Source: Psammoneis japonica
Lineage: Eukaryota
Direction of reading: 5' to 3'
Length of the DNA stretch: 53,625 bases
NCBI GenBank assembly: GCA_008632985.1
Contig: QPGO01000332.1
Coordinates: 1-53,625, forward strand
The notes under the pieces are model-generated. The model did not search any database, had not been told where the DNA came from, and worked only from the letters and a program-made list of their open reading frames with translations. Position numbers and translations under genes: made by a program. Of this stretch, positions 35,177-46,817 are shown one piece after another (positions within the stretch are counted from its first letter, which is position 1; every line of letters starts with the position of its first letter).

Positions 35177-38100
35177 TGACAGAAATTGAAGGCAAATGGC
35201 AAGAATTCAAACAACAACTCCTCACTGCTGTCTAAATGGCAGATGAGTCTCTGCTCAGAGACCGTCACAGGAGCCAAAAGACGTGTGAGTCGGTACAATC
35301 AGGCTGCTGTCATCATTCTTGTGAGCCTTGTGGCTCGAAAGCAAACCACATCGCGCGCGAACGCGCGGAACTGAAGCACACAAAACTGTGCGCGGTGAAC
35401 TGAACAGCACGCAACATTTTGCGCGCACCCAAATCCTGTTCAAATCCTGTCACTCCCCAGTTTGCTTGAGGGGTCACAGAAACAGATTCGACTTCGGATT
35501 GACTGAAGAACTTTGGAGTCAAAGCACCAAAACATGAGGAGACAAGAAAGGATCAAGATCCTGGAGCAACGTTGCATTCTCCAAGTGGGTCATCTTGAGA
35601 TGAGCTGCGTCTCCCCAATTGCAGATGCCATTGTGCTTTTCAAAGCTCAAGGCACACTTGGGATCTTGTGGGATTCCACATCCGCACTTGCAATGGAAGG
35701 AGCAAAGCTTGGTCTGGTTGACAATGTTGAAGGGCGGGACAACATCACAGGACAATGCAAACAAGTTGAAATCGCCCTCACTTCCTGAGCAAAGGTCGTA
35801 AAGACTGACAGCCGTCTGTTGGTTCTTGGAACGGTTGCCACACTGGGCTGCTGCTAGAAAAACAGAGCAATGCTCGAGCAGGGTGGCATGGCGGTTGCAC
35901 AACTCGGGGAACAGAGCAAGCATGAGTTCAAAGGCACAAGCAGCGGTCTTGTGTTCCACCAATCTGACTGCAAACTCAGCTGCATCTCCTGAGAGACTGA
36001 TCCAATTGGACAAACGAGTCTCAAGGTGCAAGCCTTCGGGGATCGGATTGGAGCAAGATGTCTTGTGGTGCAAGACTGCAGATGTCTGGTTGGGGCAACC
36101 AGCCCCGTGCTGCAAGACTTCTGGAATCCAAAAGGACTTGCCAGTCTTGTGACACGAGTCTTCGGGGATCTAATCAGGAGGCCAAGTCTTGAGGTGCGAG
36201 ACTTGGGGGATCCAATCAGGAGGCCGAGTCTCATGGCGCAAGACTTGAGGGATCCAACCAGGAGGCCTGGTCTCGAGGTGCGAGACTCGGGGGATCCAAC
36301 CAGGAGGCCCAGTCTCGAGGCACGAGACTTGAGGCATCCAATCAGGAGGCCTGGTCTCGGGGTGCGAGACTTGGGGCATCCAATCAGGAGGCCCAGTCTC
36401 GAGGCACGAGACTTGAGGCATCCAATCAGGAGGCCTGGTCTCGGGGTGCGAGACTTGGGGCATCCAATCAGGAGGCCCAGTCTTGAGGTGCAAGACTTGG
36501 GGCATCCAATCAGGAGGCCCAGTCTCGAGGTACGAGACTTGAGGCATCCGATCAGGAGGCCCAGTCTCGAGGTGCGGTGCAGGGAGGATCCGAGGCCTGG
36601 TCTCAAGGTGCAAGACTTGGAGGATCCAAAGACAACGAAGCTGCTTGGATGTCCTGAACTCCTCATCTGATGAACTGGTTGAACTGTTGTGAACAGATTC
36701 AATGATGGGAAAAGGAGGCTCCCCATCAGGAGATGCAAGAAGCAAGTTGTCATCTCCATCACTTCCCAAACGAAGGCTGTGAAGGGTGACAGCGGTCAAC
36801 ACGTGGAGGTTGGCAGCACGTGGTTTGCGGGGTGCAAAGGCTGCAGCTTTGGAAGCCATGGGTGGAGTGTCCCAACTGGTCTCGAAGTGCAGGCCTGCGC
36901 AAGGGTTGCAATCCTGCACTGGGCCGAGGTTGCTTGCAGGCGGGTTGGTCAAGACATGCGGGGCGCGACTGACACCAGTTCTGGGGGACACCTGAGTGGC
37001 GGCACAGTGCAAGGCTGGTGTCAAAATGGCACCGAGTTCACCTGGTTTGGATGGCAAGGGACTCGGCACAGGTGCGGAGGGTGCTGCGCCAGTGGCTGGA
37101 GAGGTCAAGTGGTCCGGACCAAGGCGGCAGTTGCGAAATTCCTCGGGTGTGAGCAACTGGGGTTCATTGGTCACATCATCACCGTTGCAAACTTTGACAA
37201 AGTAGAAGCTGATCAAAGCGGCTAGGAGGTTTCTGTGGGTGCGTGGCAAAGGCACTGCATTGGCGCCGTCTCTGCAAGCAGGTCGGTGGGAGGGTGCATT
37301 CCAATTTATGGGACAGGGCAGAACAAAGAGGGCTGTCATCGTCTTGATTGAGCACAGTGCCTAGAATGCATTCAAAGCTTTTGGCTTGTTGCTGTTGCGT
37401 GAGAACCATGACGGAGGATGGTGCAGCAGAAACAAAAGACAGGAACCAATCTAGAGCGCGATCTTGGCTCGGAGTTTTGACTTGGAACTTGGCTTGAAAA
37501 AGACTTGACTTGAGCTAGACTTGACTTGAAATCTTGGACTGTCTTAAAATCAGAAGTCGCCGGGTTGTGCTGTCCGTTTTGCAGTTGAGTGCCAAACTTC
37601 CCATCCGGTCCGTAGAGTTGTGCTGGCACGTCCGAACCCACGGCTGGCGGCGCTTTGGGTTGCTCACAAGCGGAGTGGCGGGTTGCAAACCCCTGCAGGT
37701 GAGCTGACCAGGGGTGGACAAGACCCCCAAACCGTTCTCATTTTACATCGGTTGGATTTCCCGATCAGGCTGGCCAGTTGATGCAGGCGTTGGGCGCTGT
37801 GGACGAAGGAACCAACGCAGAAAAAAAACACCCTCGCCCCAACGCAGGCTGCAATCACGGCTGCTTGCTCTCACAGTCATCCTCATGGACCCAGTGGAAC
37901 TGCAGAGCACCAGCAGTCTGGGCAGATCAGGCACAATGGACTCGGTGTGCTTGTGGAGTGGTGGCAAAGCCGCAGTCCAAAGAGTGGGTTCAAGTTCTTG
38001 GCCGTGAAGATGTGTGTGTGTGCATGTGTCTTCAGCAACGCAGATCCTTGAATGTGCAGGGTTCTTGACCGTTGACCGTTGAATGGGTGCATGAAGGGAT

Positions 38101-38648
38101 GAGGATCAAGGATGGACTTGGATGCAACCGATGAATGTGTGTCTTCAGCGACAAAAGGCAGTGTGGTCAATCCAGATGTCCAGCGGCAAGGAGACTTGAT
38201 GGCGACGTTAACTTCCTGCCGATGCCTGGCATTGAATGCGCGCAGACTTGCCGATGTACGTAGAACACACACGGAGGTCCACGCAGAATTGAAAAGCGTC
38301 ATCGGCAAATCAACGACGATGATGGCGGTTGCTCAATGGGTTGACAATGAGCAGACTGTCAATCTGACAGAAATTGAAGGCAAATGGCAAGAATTCAAAC
38401 AACAACTCCTCACTGCTGTCTAAATGGCAGATGAGTCTCCGCTCAGAGACCGTTGCAGGAGCCGAAAGACGTGCAAGTCGGTGCAATCGGGCTAGGGCCC
38501 TACTGTCATTATTCTTGTGAGCCTTGTGGCTCGAAAGCAAACTGCATCGCACGCGAACGCGCGGAACTAAAGCACACAAAACTGTGCGCGGTAAACTGAA
38601 CAGCGCGCGACATTTTGCGTGCACCTGAATCCTGTTCAAATCCTGTCA
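35177..38648 (-). mobile_element. Non-autonomous gag-only LTR retrotransposon (3.47 kb)
   Basis: LTRs at 35177-35452 and 38365-38648 with TGACAG...CTGTCA ends, TSD ACTGC (35172-35176 and 38649-38653), and PPT GGGGAG at 35453-35458. Gag-like start MVLTQQQQAKSFECILGTVLNQDDDSPL at 37409. No pol motifs seen. Confidence 0.9.
36165..36627. repeat. 42-bp tandem repeat (~10-11 units) inside gag-like ORF
   Basis: Unit ~GGGGCATCCAATCAGGAGGCCCAGTCTCGAGGTGCGAGACTT, encoding the 14-aa repeat LETGPPDWMPQVS(Y/H/C) on the minus strand. Confidence 0.95.
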
Positions 38649-40329
38649 ACTGCACTGGATGCTGCATGCTGCCCAGCCCAAGTGGCAGCAGCAACCAAAA
38701 ATCAAAGCACAGTGGAAGATTGAGGTGAGGCTCTTCCAGCCAATGAACTACAAGACAAGATGCCCCCCTGGTGCCTGCCAATGGAAGTGATGTCAAGAAG
38801 TCAAAGGGTGTGGGGCACACCCCTGTGGTGCACAGCCAGAAGCTGCAGCAGCAGCAACAATGCCCAAGCTTTTTGCTGGTGATGCTGCACTCAACAACAG
38901 CACATTGTTGGCAAGGCCATTCTTGCAAGTGCAAAAGTTGTTGTGGAAGCAAGGAAAAGAAAACAGATCAAGGCAGCACTTGTCTGTGTGTGTGTGTGTG
39001 CAACTTGGCACTTTTTTGTGAAACACCAACAGTGTGGAGATGATGATTTGGCATGGGCTCAGGGTCATGGTCCAAGCTCTGCAGCAAAAGACCTCGTCAG
39101 TTGGATTGAAATGCCATTTTGGTTGCATTGGTTTCACTTTTCACCACTGTGTGAGAGCTGCATTGGCTGTGGGGTGGTTCTCCACTGTTCTGTTTTTGTT
39201 GCTGTCAATGCAAGGGCAGCAGCATCACACAAAGCAGCCATCGTTCTCCACTCTAGAGCAGAGAGCATTGGAACAAAATGGGGACTTTGAGTTGTCTTGG
39301 TGCTGGTCAACCACTGGCTCGCATCTTGTCTCAGCAAGAAGATGGGTGTGACAGCACTGCAGATCCAAAACTGATTGCATGACAGCCCTGATGAAAATCT
39401 GGAGGTTTGCCTTCACCAGATTCAGGTGAACCCACAACTTTGTCATGTTGGTGAAAGGCAAGAGTGCTTGGGGTCCTGTGAATTGGGCTGCTTGCATGGT
39501 CATTTCTTGCTTCAACAGTTGGCAGAATTGAGTGTGTGTGCTCCTCTGATGTGTGGATTGTTTTTCAAAGCTGGACAAAAATTGTTGGACAAACCATGGT
39601 CACCTGCAGACACCAAACATGGTTTCTTGGAGGCCAGCACTTGCAGAGAGCAGTCTTGATCTTGCAGACAAAAGCAGAGAAAGCATCAAGCTGGTGCATC
39701 AAGGTTGGCTAATTTGTCGCACAACATGTCATGAGCACTGCCAGCTGGGGTGACAACATTGCTGGGTTTGTCTGCAAGAGGTGGATCATTCTTGGCTGGG
39801 GGGTTTCACGTGCCACCAAGGCATGGGTGTCAGCCATGACCAACTTTGATGCTCAAATGTGGCCCTCCTGGTGTGTGGTCTTGCCAAAAAGAACAATGAA
39901 AAGTTGAGGCTGGTCATTGTGCTGGATGCAGTCAAAGAGGTGCTTTTGGCCACTTGGCAATGTCCTCAGCTGTGGGTGGCAAAAAGACAAAAGGCAGGCT
40001 GATGAACCATTTGTGTTGATTTCTTGGTCATTTGGTGGGCAGCATTTTTGTCCACTTGTCTGGCCTCAGGATCCCTGGACACATCATGCTGTCCAGCACA
40101 AGCAGCAGCAGCAGCCAAAAAATCAAATCGCATGCTGAAAAGATTGAGGCAAGGTTCCGCCGCAGCCAATGAACACCAAGACAAGATGCCCCCCTCGTGC
40201 CCACAAATGGAAGTGAAGACAAAGAATGCAGCACTCTTGCACACACTTGCACACACTGCCCTCCTCAGCCAAGTGCATTGTCAGCCACTTCATTGCTCTA
40301 GAAGGAAAATGCACATCCCACCTCCCCAC

Positions 40330-43300
40330 CAATGATGGTGCTGCCATCAAGATCCAGCAACCACATGTTGGCCAAAACTCTGTCACTTTTTGACATCCTG
40401 CTGCTCCACATCATTTCATCCATTTCCTCTCTAGACCCAAGTGAATGTTGAAAGTTTAAGGATCTGACATGCCCACATCAACAAATGGCACAAAAAGACT
40501 TGTGCTTTGCAGAACATTGGTCCAAATGGGCCACTGCGACCACTGCAAGCTCTTGCAGTCACTCACAGGCCTTTGGACATGGCGGGGCGATTTTAGGGAA
40601 AAAGATGGCAACCCTGCAGCAGGGCCCCACATTGTGTGACACTGCACATGAGCAATGCAGTGCTTGGGCCATGGGTGCACATGCTCTTGACTGCTGCACA
40701 GAGAGTCTGTGTGGCACGATCACAGGACCCCCCCCAATGCCCCACTGCATCCAAAGCCCTGGTCACTGACATCAACACTGACAAAATGGCAGGCAAAATG
40801 AAAATGCAAGTGGAACAAAAGCACACACAATTGGGAATCACCAGGACACCTGTCACAGCACACTTGCCTGGCCACCTTGCAGAGGCAGCTCTGAGTCACC
40901 CTGCTGAGTTTCATGGTCTCAAAAGTGTTGCCAGCAGTTTGTGGCATCTGCACATCCAAGAGGAGGTGAGGAGTCCGGCAAAACAACCCCCCTTCTCTCT
41001 GTCTCACCCAGCACAAAGCCCAGACTCACAGCTGCACTGCCAAGATGTGACATCTTCCAAAATGAGGTGTGTGACATCATGTCTCAGATGGCAAAGACAG
41101 TGTGGTTGCATTGCGGGAAGAAAAGGTTGGTGAAGACCAGATGCCACCAGTGTGCATGAACAAGGCAACACACAATGAACACTTGCAAGGCATGCAAGCT
41201 TCATCAAAATGGCCCCAAAACTCAATCAGTCACAGCGTGCTTTATTTTGCTCATGCACAGTGCTGTCAGAAATTGGGGTGGCAAAAAAAATGACGTGCCA
41301 TCATTGTGCACTGACCAAGACCCCCCAAAAAGACACTGAGTGCATCACAAATCCATCTTGTTCAAATTGGGTGCACCAGTGGATGCAAAGTGGAGAGAAG
41401 CACAAGGCTCTCTCAAACGGATGTGCTGTGGTGGTGCAAGTGTGCAAATGCCATCAAAAAGACACCAATGTTGCAGACACAATGACCGGCTGCACCAGAT
41501 GATTGACTTTGCAGGGTGCAACAAAAGCCACAATGATCTTTGGCAAATGGGAAAAGGATGCCAAACAAGAAAACATGGAAAGAACTTGCCACAGCAATGT
41601 TGTTGACCATTCAGATGTCACCCGGACAGCACAGCAATTGAGTCACAAGTCAACAAGGCACAGAGCTGTTTGTGCTGTGTGTGGCAACCAAAGCCCCCCC
41701 CAGGAAACCAAACCCATGCACCAACCTCTTCACTTGTGGCAACAACAGAAAAAGAACCTGCATGAAAAATGCATTGGCTCCATGATGTTTGCCATGTCAA
41801 AATGCGTCAAAGTGCAGTGTGCCATTTTCCATGCCAAATCAGGAATGTTTGGGTCCAATTGACTTGTTCAATCACTGTGCAATCCAAGGTCTGATGATTC
41901 TCCAACACATCCAGCAACAAGACTTTGCAATGGTCCCAGCTTGTCGTGCTGGCTGAGTGCTCCTCAGCTGTTTCAAGGAAGCTGAATGCTGGCCTCGTGC
42001 TGCTTGTCACAATCCGTTTTGCCAAAACAAGACTTTTGTTTTGGCCAGCTGCCATTTGGCCCCTCTTTCAAATGTCTCCACCACCAGTGCCACCAACAAA
42101 CAGAAGCTTGCCCATTGCACAAATGTTTCTGCAACATGCGAGACAAACATTCTTTTGCCATTGGACAACACAGACACTGGCGCCCTGTCTGTCCATCTTG
42201 CATGTTTACAATCAGGGACTGCAGCACATTGCAAAGCCTCCCATGCAGATGCAGATCCGATGCTGTGTGCTCTTGCAACTCCAGAATGTCTTTCATCTGT
42301 CTCCAGCCCTCATTCTGACCAAACTTGTCCACATGGAGTGCAAGAACATGAGCTCAGAGTTTTTGGCATGCTGCAGCCCTTTGGATGATTTGGCTCAAGC
42401 TGTTTTGCCAACTCCATCATTTTGACAGCATGTGGCAGATGCATCCCAAGGTCCCTGCATTTCTGGTGACATCAAAGTCCACATGTTGCCAGCTGCCGGC
42501 ATGAGTTTTTGTTCTCAAGCACATGTTTCAAAGCTGGAGGTGCAGCTGATGAATTGAAAACACCCATTTTTCAGTCAAGTCAAGAACCACAACTTTGTCA
42601 CACAACTCACCAGGGAAGCAAATCTGAGTTGCTTTTGTCATTGGTCTTGTTTCATCCAGATTGCACTCCAAGTTGAGACCACAAATGGCCTCACTGTCAA
42701 GATTGGAAACCTTGTTGGCCATGCTGAGGGCCCAGTTCTTGACCTCAGTTTTGGTTGAGAACACAACAAACTTGTCTTTTGCCAAAGCGGCCCAAAAAGC
42801 CCATCTGAGACTTGCACTGCCATGGCTTTATGTTCTTGTGCAGTTCTTGAAACACATTGGGCCACAAACTGTGGTCTCCACCACCATTGCCTTCAGCCCT
42901 TTTCAGCTCAGCAGCCCTGCTCTTGGTTTGTGCAGTTTGGCAGAGTGCAAAATGTGGCCTGAGCTCATCATTTGATTTTGTGTGGGAAAACAATTAAAGT
43001 TGACCTTGCCCTCATTTGACAGGGAATCACACATTGAGAGGAACTTTTTTCTTGCTTGCTTTGATGCTGGCACCATTTTGGCAAACTCAAATGAATGGTT
43101 GCTGCTCTCTGAGTTGTCAGGGTTCAAATGGAAGCTTTCCTGAAAATGTGACTCACAAATGTTCACAACTTGGCAAGGGAAATTGTAAAGCCACAACAGC
43201 GTCAGTGCAGCGCAGCATGTTTTTTAAAATGTCAAGCTGCAACAAGAGATGCACCTGCAGAAACACCTTTTCAGGAGACATGGACGGTTTCAACAGCACA

Positions 43301-45950
43301 CCATTGCACTCATGCCAGCAGACTGAAACAAAAAAAGCTGCAGGACAAAATCACCATCTGACGCAAGAGCTTTTTGGCCTGCCACCTTGTCAGAAAGCAT
43401 GTCATCCCCTTCCTCCTGGCCTCATGGTGCCATCTCATTTCTCGCCATTTCTGCAGCTGCCCTGAGATTTTCCAAGGCCTGAATTTGCTTTTCCTCTTTG
43501 CTTTTTTGCTTGCCAATCAATGTTTGCTCCAAAGCCCTGCACCTTTCCCTTGCTCTGGCCACTTGCTGCTCCACTTTGACTGCTTTCTGATGCTTGATTT
43601 CTTGTCTGGCATGTGCTTCCACTGCCATTGCCACCAGCAAATTATTTTGCTTTCATGCCATCTCTTCTTCAAGCATCATGCTCAGCCCCTGGTGGGGTTC
43701 CTTCTTGTCTCCTTTGATGTGAGCCACTCTTCTGTCAGAGCCTTTTCTGCTGCCACCGCTGCCAGTTCTGGTGCCTGTGGTGATGGGTGCTGTCATGGTG
43801 TGTTCATGCCAACATTGCAACACCCAGGTTGCTTTGGCAGCATCCTTTGCATTTGGCCATGTCACACTGCAACCAAGCCTCAACAACAAAATTTAAAATG
43901 GGATTTGCAATGCATGTGAAGCAAGGCACAGGCTTGTTGCTCCTGAGTGGTGGGGCACAAGATCAGATGGCATCTCTTGCTTTGACCACTGCACAACACA
44001 ATGTTTGTTGAGGGGATGATCTTTGTGGGTTTCTTCATCAAAGGCTTGAGGATCAAAAGTGAAGCATTCTGTGGAGGGTCATCTGGTTGTGCATGAATCC
44101 ATGCACCAGCATGTCAAAATGTCTGTCATTGTGGCCAGTTGGTTTTGTCTTTGATTGTCAATTGCCTGATGCTGGCATTGCTCTTGACTGGCATGATGAC
44201 GACCAATCTTGTGATCCTGCATGTTGACTTGAAAGACGACTTTTCCAAAACAATCTTGTCACCATGTGTTGCTCTCACCACATGGCTTGCATCATTGATT
44301 TCTGCTTCATGTGCATCTCCACCTCCCTCTGTTTGCAACATGAACAATGGTGTGCCTCCTTTGCTCCAGTGTCCAGCGGGAAATGATTGTCCCATGTGTG
44401 GCAAACATTTCCTTCCAACTTGTCTTCAACATCACCTCAGAACTCATCTGAGATGCAAACTTGCCTTTTCTCAACACATCTGTGTTTCAGGCAATGAATC
44501 AGCAGGCATTCACAGCAAAGTGGCATCATCAGAGGAGCCCAAAGATCCTCCCATTGAAATGGCTGCAACTGGGAACAGTTTGTCTCACTCAAATGTTGCA
44601 CCTGCTCCACAAGTTCACTTGCAACACAACCCTTGGCCATTGAAATCCAATCATGCTGTGGCACTGGTGCAACAGTCATGTTTTCCCCTTGAGACACCAC
44701 CATTTGGCCAGGCACCAACAATGTTCCAGAGTGTGCGTTCCCAGACAACAATGGATCGGTGGTTTCTGAAACATTTGGTGACAGCAGGTCTCTTCTTGTT
44801 TCTGACATGTTTGCCACTGATGTCAACTCAGGTTCTTTTGTTGTGCTGGATTGAATTGAGCCCCATTTTGCTGATGATGATCTTGTTGTCTGTCTAATCT
44901 TGACATTCCTTTTGAGTTGCTGTTGTCTCAGGTCCTCTCCTCTGGCAAACAGTTTCAGGTTGACAGGCTTTTGGTCGATGAGAGAAACAGAGGGAGTGAT
45001 GGCAGCATTTCACCACAACAGATGCATGGCAAAACTGATGTGCTGTTGTCAGGTGCAGCTTTCTCCACTTGCTCAGCTTGGGCAACCACCATGTTGATGC
45101 AGTCCACAGGACACGGTGGCAACAGGCACAGCTCTCAACCGGCTGGCGCAGCAGTCACTGCTCAGGGAGCAACAACACCAGCCATCCTCTTCATCTGTGT
45201 CATCGGATCAAACTGGAAGCAAAAACTGTGGCCATGCCACTGCTGAATCAAGCTTGACAAGCATGAGCAGTTCCACCTCTGCACAGCTGGGAACTCAGAA
45301 AAAGAAACACAGAAGCCATGGCAGTCATCTTGGAGTGCAAGTTTTTGATGGTGCAATCTGAATCACAGCTTTTTGAATCCATGCTTTGCATCTGGAATGG
45401 TGACAAAAAATTGTGGATCTCTCAGCCCTTCCTGTTTCTGGTTGTCAAAAGAGAAGGATCCCAACCCGGCTCATGAGATCCCACTGCAGCCTTGGTTGCA
45501 CCATGCAGGCAGAAGGTGGAGTGGACCCAACTGATTGCAGGGTCAACAGGAAGGCCACTTTTGTCATTTTGTCATTGCAAATGATGTGAAGTGAGCTGCC
45601 ATCACAATTTTCTGGGACCGTTCTTGTTCTTGTGTTTGCCACAGCAGGTGAAAATTGATTGGGGATGAGCAAAACATGCGGGGGGGGGGCAACAACAAAA
45701 CACGCACAAAAACAACACACAGGAAAACTTGCATGACAGTTGTCACTGATGTGCAAATGGCAAGTGCAACTGCAACAGGAGACATCAAAGAAAATGCTTC
45801 TAGTGTGGAGAGATGACAGATGGCCATTTTCAATGAATCTCATGGTCTTTTGACTGGGTTGGATGGGCAAAAACAAAAGATCGTCATCATTTCTGTCTGT
45901 CTGCAGTTCATCTGTTGGAATGATGCCGGCAGATGCAACTTAGACAGATG
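40330..45950. mobile_element. Highly decayed unclassified repeat(s), including a 3'-5' exonuclease-like remnant
   Basis: TpA and CpG are nearly absent. Minus strand 42560-42780 ICGLNLECN...ATQICFP...VVVLDL resembles a DEDD exonuclease ExoI region (weak). Confidence 0.4.
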
Positions 45951-45984
45951 CTCAAGACCCATCACACTTGTGGTGGGAAGCCAG

Positions 45985-46817
45985 GTGGAGGGGTGCAATT
46001 TTGGGGTGTAAAAACACGCGTCCCTTAAAAAACATTGCAGCCAACAAATCTGGCACCAGACAGAGACATGCATTTTGTGTCATTGACCACTCAGTGGTTG
46101 GTGATTGCAGACTTTTTCATGTTGGTTTGTCAGTTTGTTGCCATTTGAAAGTGTGTCCCTTGGATTTTGGAATGGCATGGGCTCTTTAGTGTGCAAGTGA
46201 ATCACTCGAATTTGTGGAATGATCATTGAGGACATTGTGGTTCATGGGGACTTCCTAAAAAATTGACAAATTCTCTGCGATGGGTGCGTGGAACTGTTTT
46301 TCAGTGGAGCTCGAAAATGCTGTAAAAGATGCATTCCAGCTCTGGGTGGGACCGCACACTGTGATGCTGAACTCATGGATGCACCAAACTGTGACATCGA
46401 CAGTTTTTTGGATCGTGCCGCATGTCGTGCACGTGGAAAGGTGTGTGACTTTTGTGAAAATGTGTGTCATTTTGTGGCACACTCATTGAGCAATCTGTCC
46501 AACAGCTTTTGACATTTTTTGTTGCAGCACAACAGAATTGTGCAGGGCAGGCACATTGTTTGCAAAAATGTTGAGTGGTGAGAGGCACAATTGCACCTCA
46601 AACTTGGCAGTTTGTTTGATGTTGAAGACAAACATGTCCATTGATTTGCTCACACTGCGGAGCTGGCACGCAAAATTCCAGCGATTTGATGTGCGCAAGG
46701 TTGCAGCGGAGCCGCCAAATGCCATGGTGTTTTGATGCAGTCTCATGAATGTTTCTTGCCATGACTTCCAGCTTGTGTCAACAATTGATTTGCGATTTAC
46801 AGTCATCCAATTTCACA
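45985..46817. repeat. Relic related to the MITE at 48163-48871
   Basis: 46691-46820 aligns with 48557-48760. 45990-46020 (GGGGTGTAAAAAC) matches the MITE subterminal repeat. Confidence 0.55.

Larger units (their letters stand above)
33930..40300. repeat. Diverged tandem duplication (unit 1 ~33930-35176 plus 38654-39030; unit 2 ~39035-40300) hosting the second LTR element
   Basis: 33941 matches 39041 (GGCATGGG.TCAGGGTCATGGTCCAAGC), 34930 matches 39930 (GTCAAAGAGGTGCTTTTGGCCACTTGGCA), and 35120-35176 plus 38654-38790 match 40020-40215. Confidence 0.8.

Noticed and set aside
36165..36627. Palindromic 42-bp repeat array as a possible CRISPR
   Set aside because: Units are contiguous with no unique spacers, are a multiple of 3 within a gag-like ORF, and there are no cas genes; the context is eukaryotic.
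26742..38648. Fungal-type RIP (CpA to TpA)
   Set aside because: RIP would enrich TpA and add stop codons; here TpA is depleted, stops are lost and conserved Tyr are destroyed.
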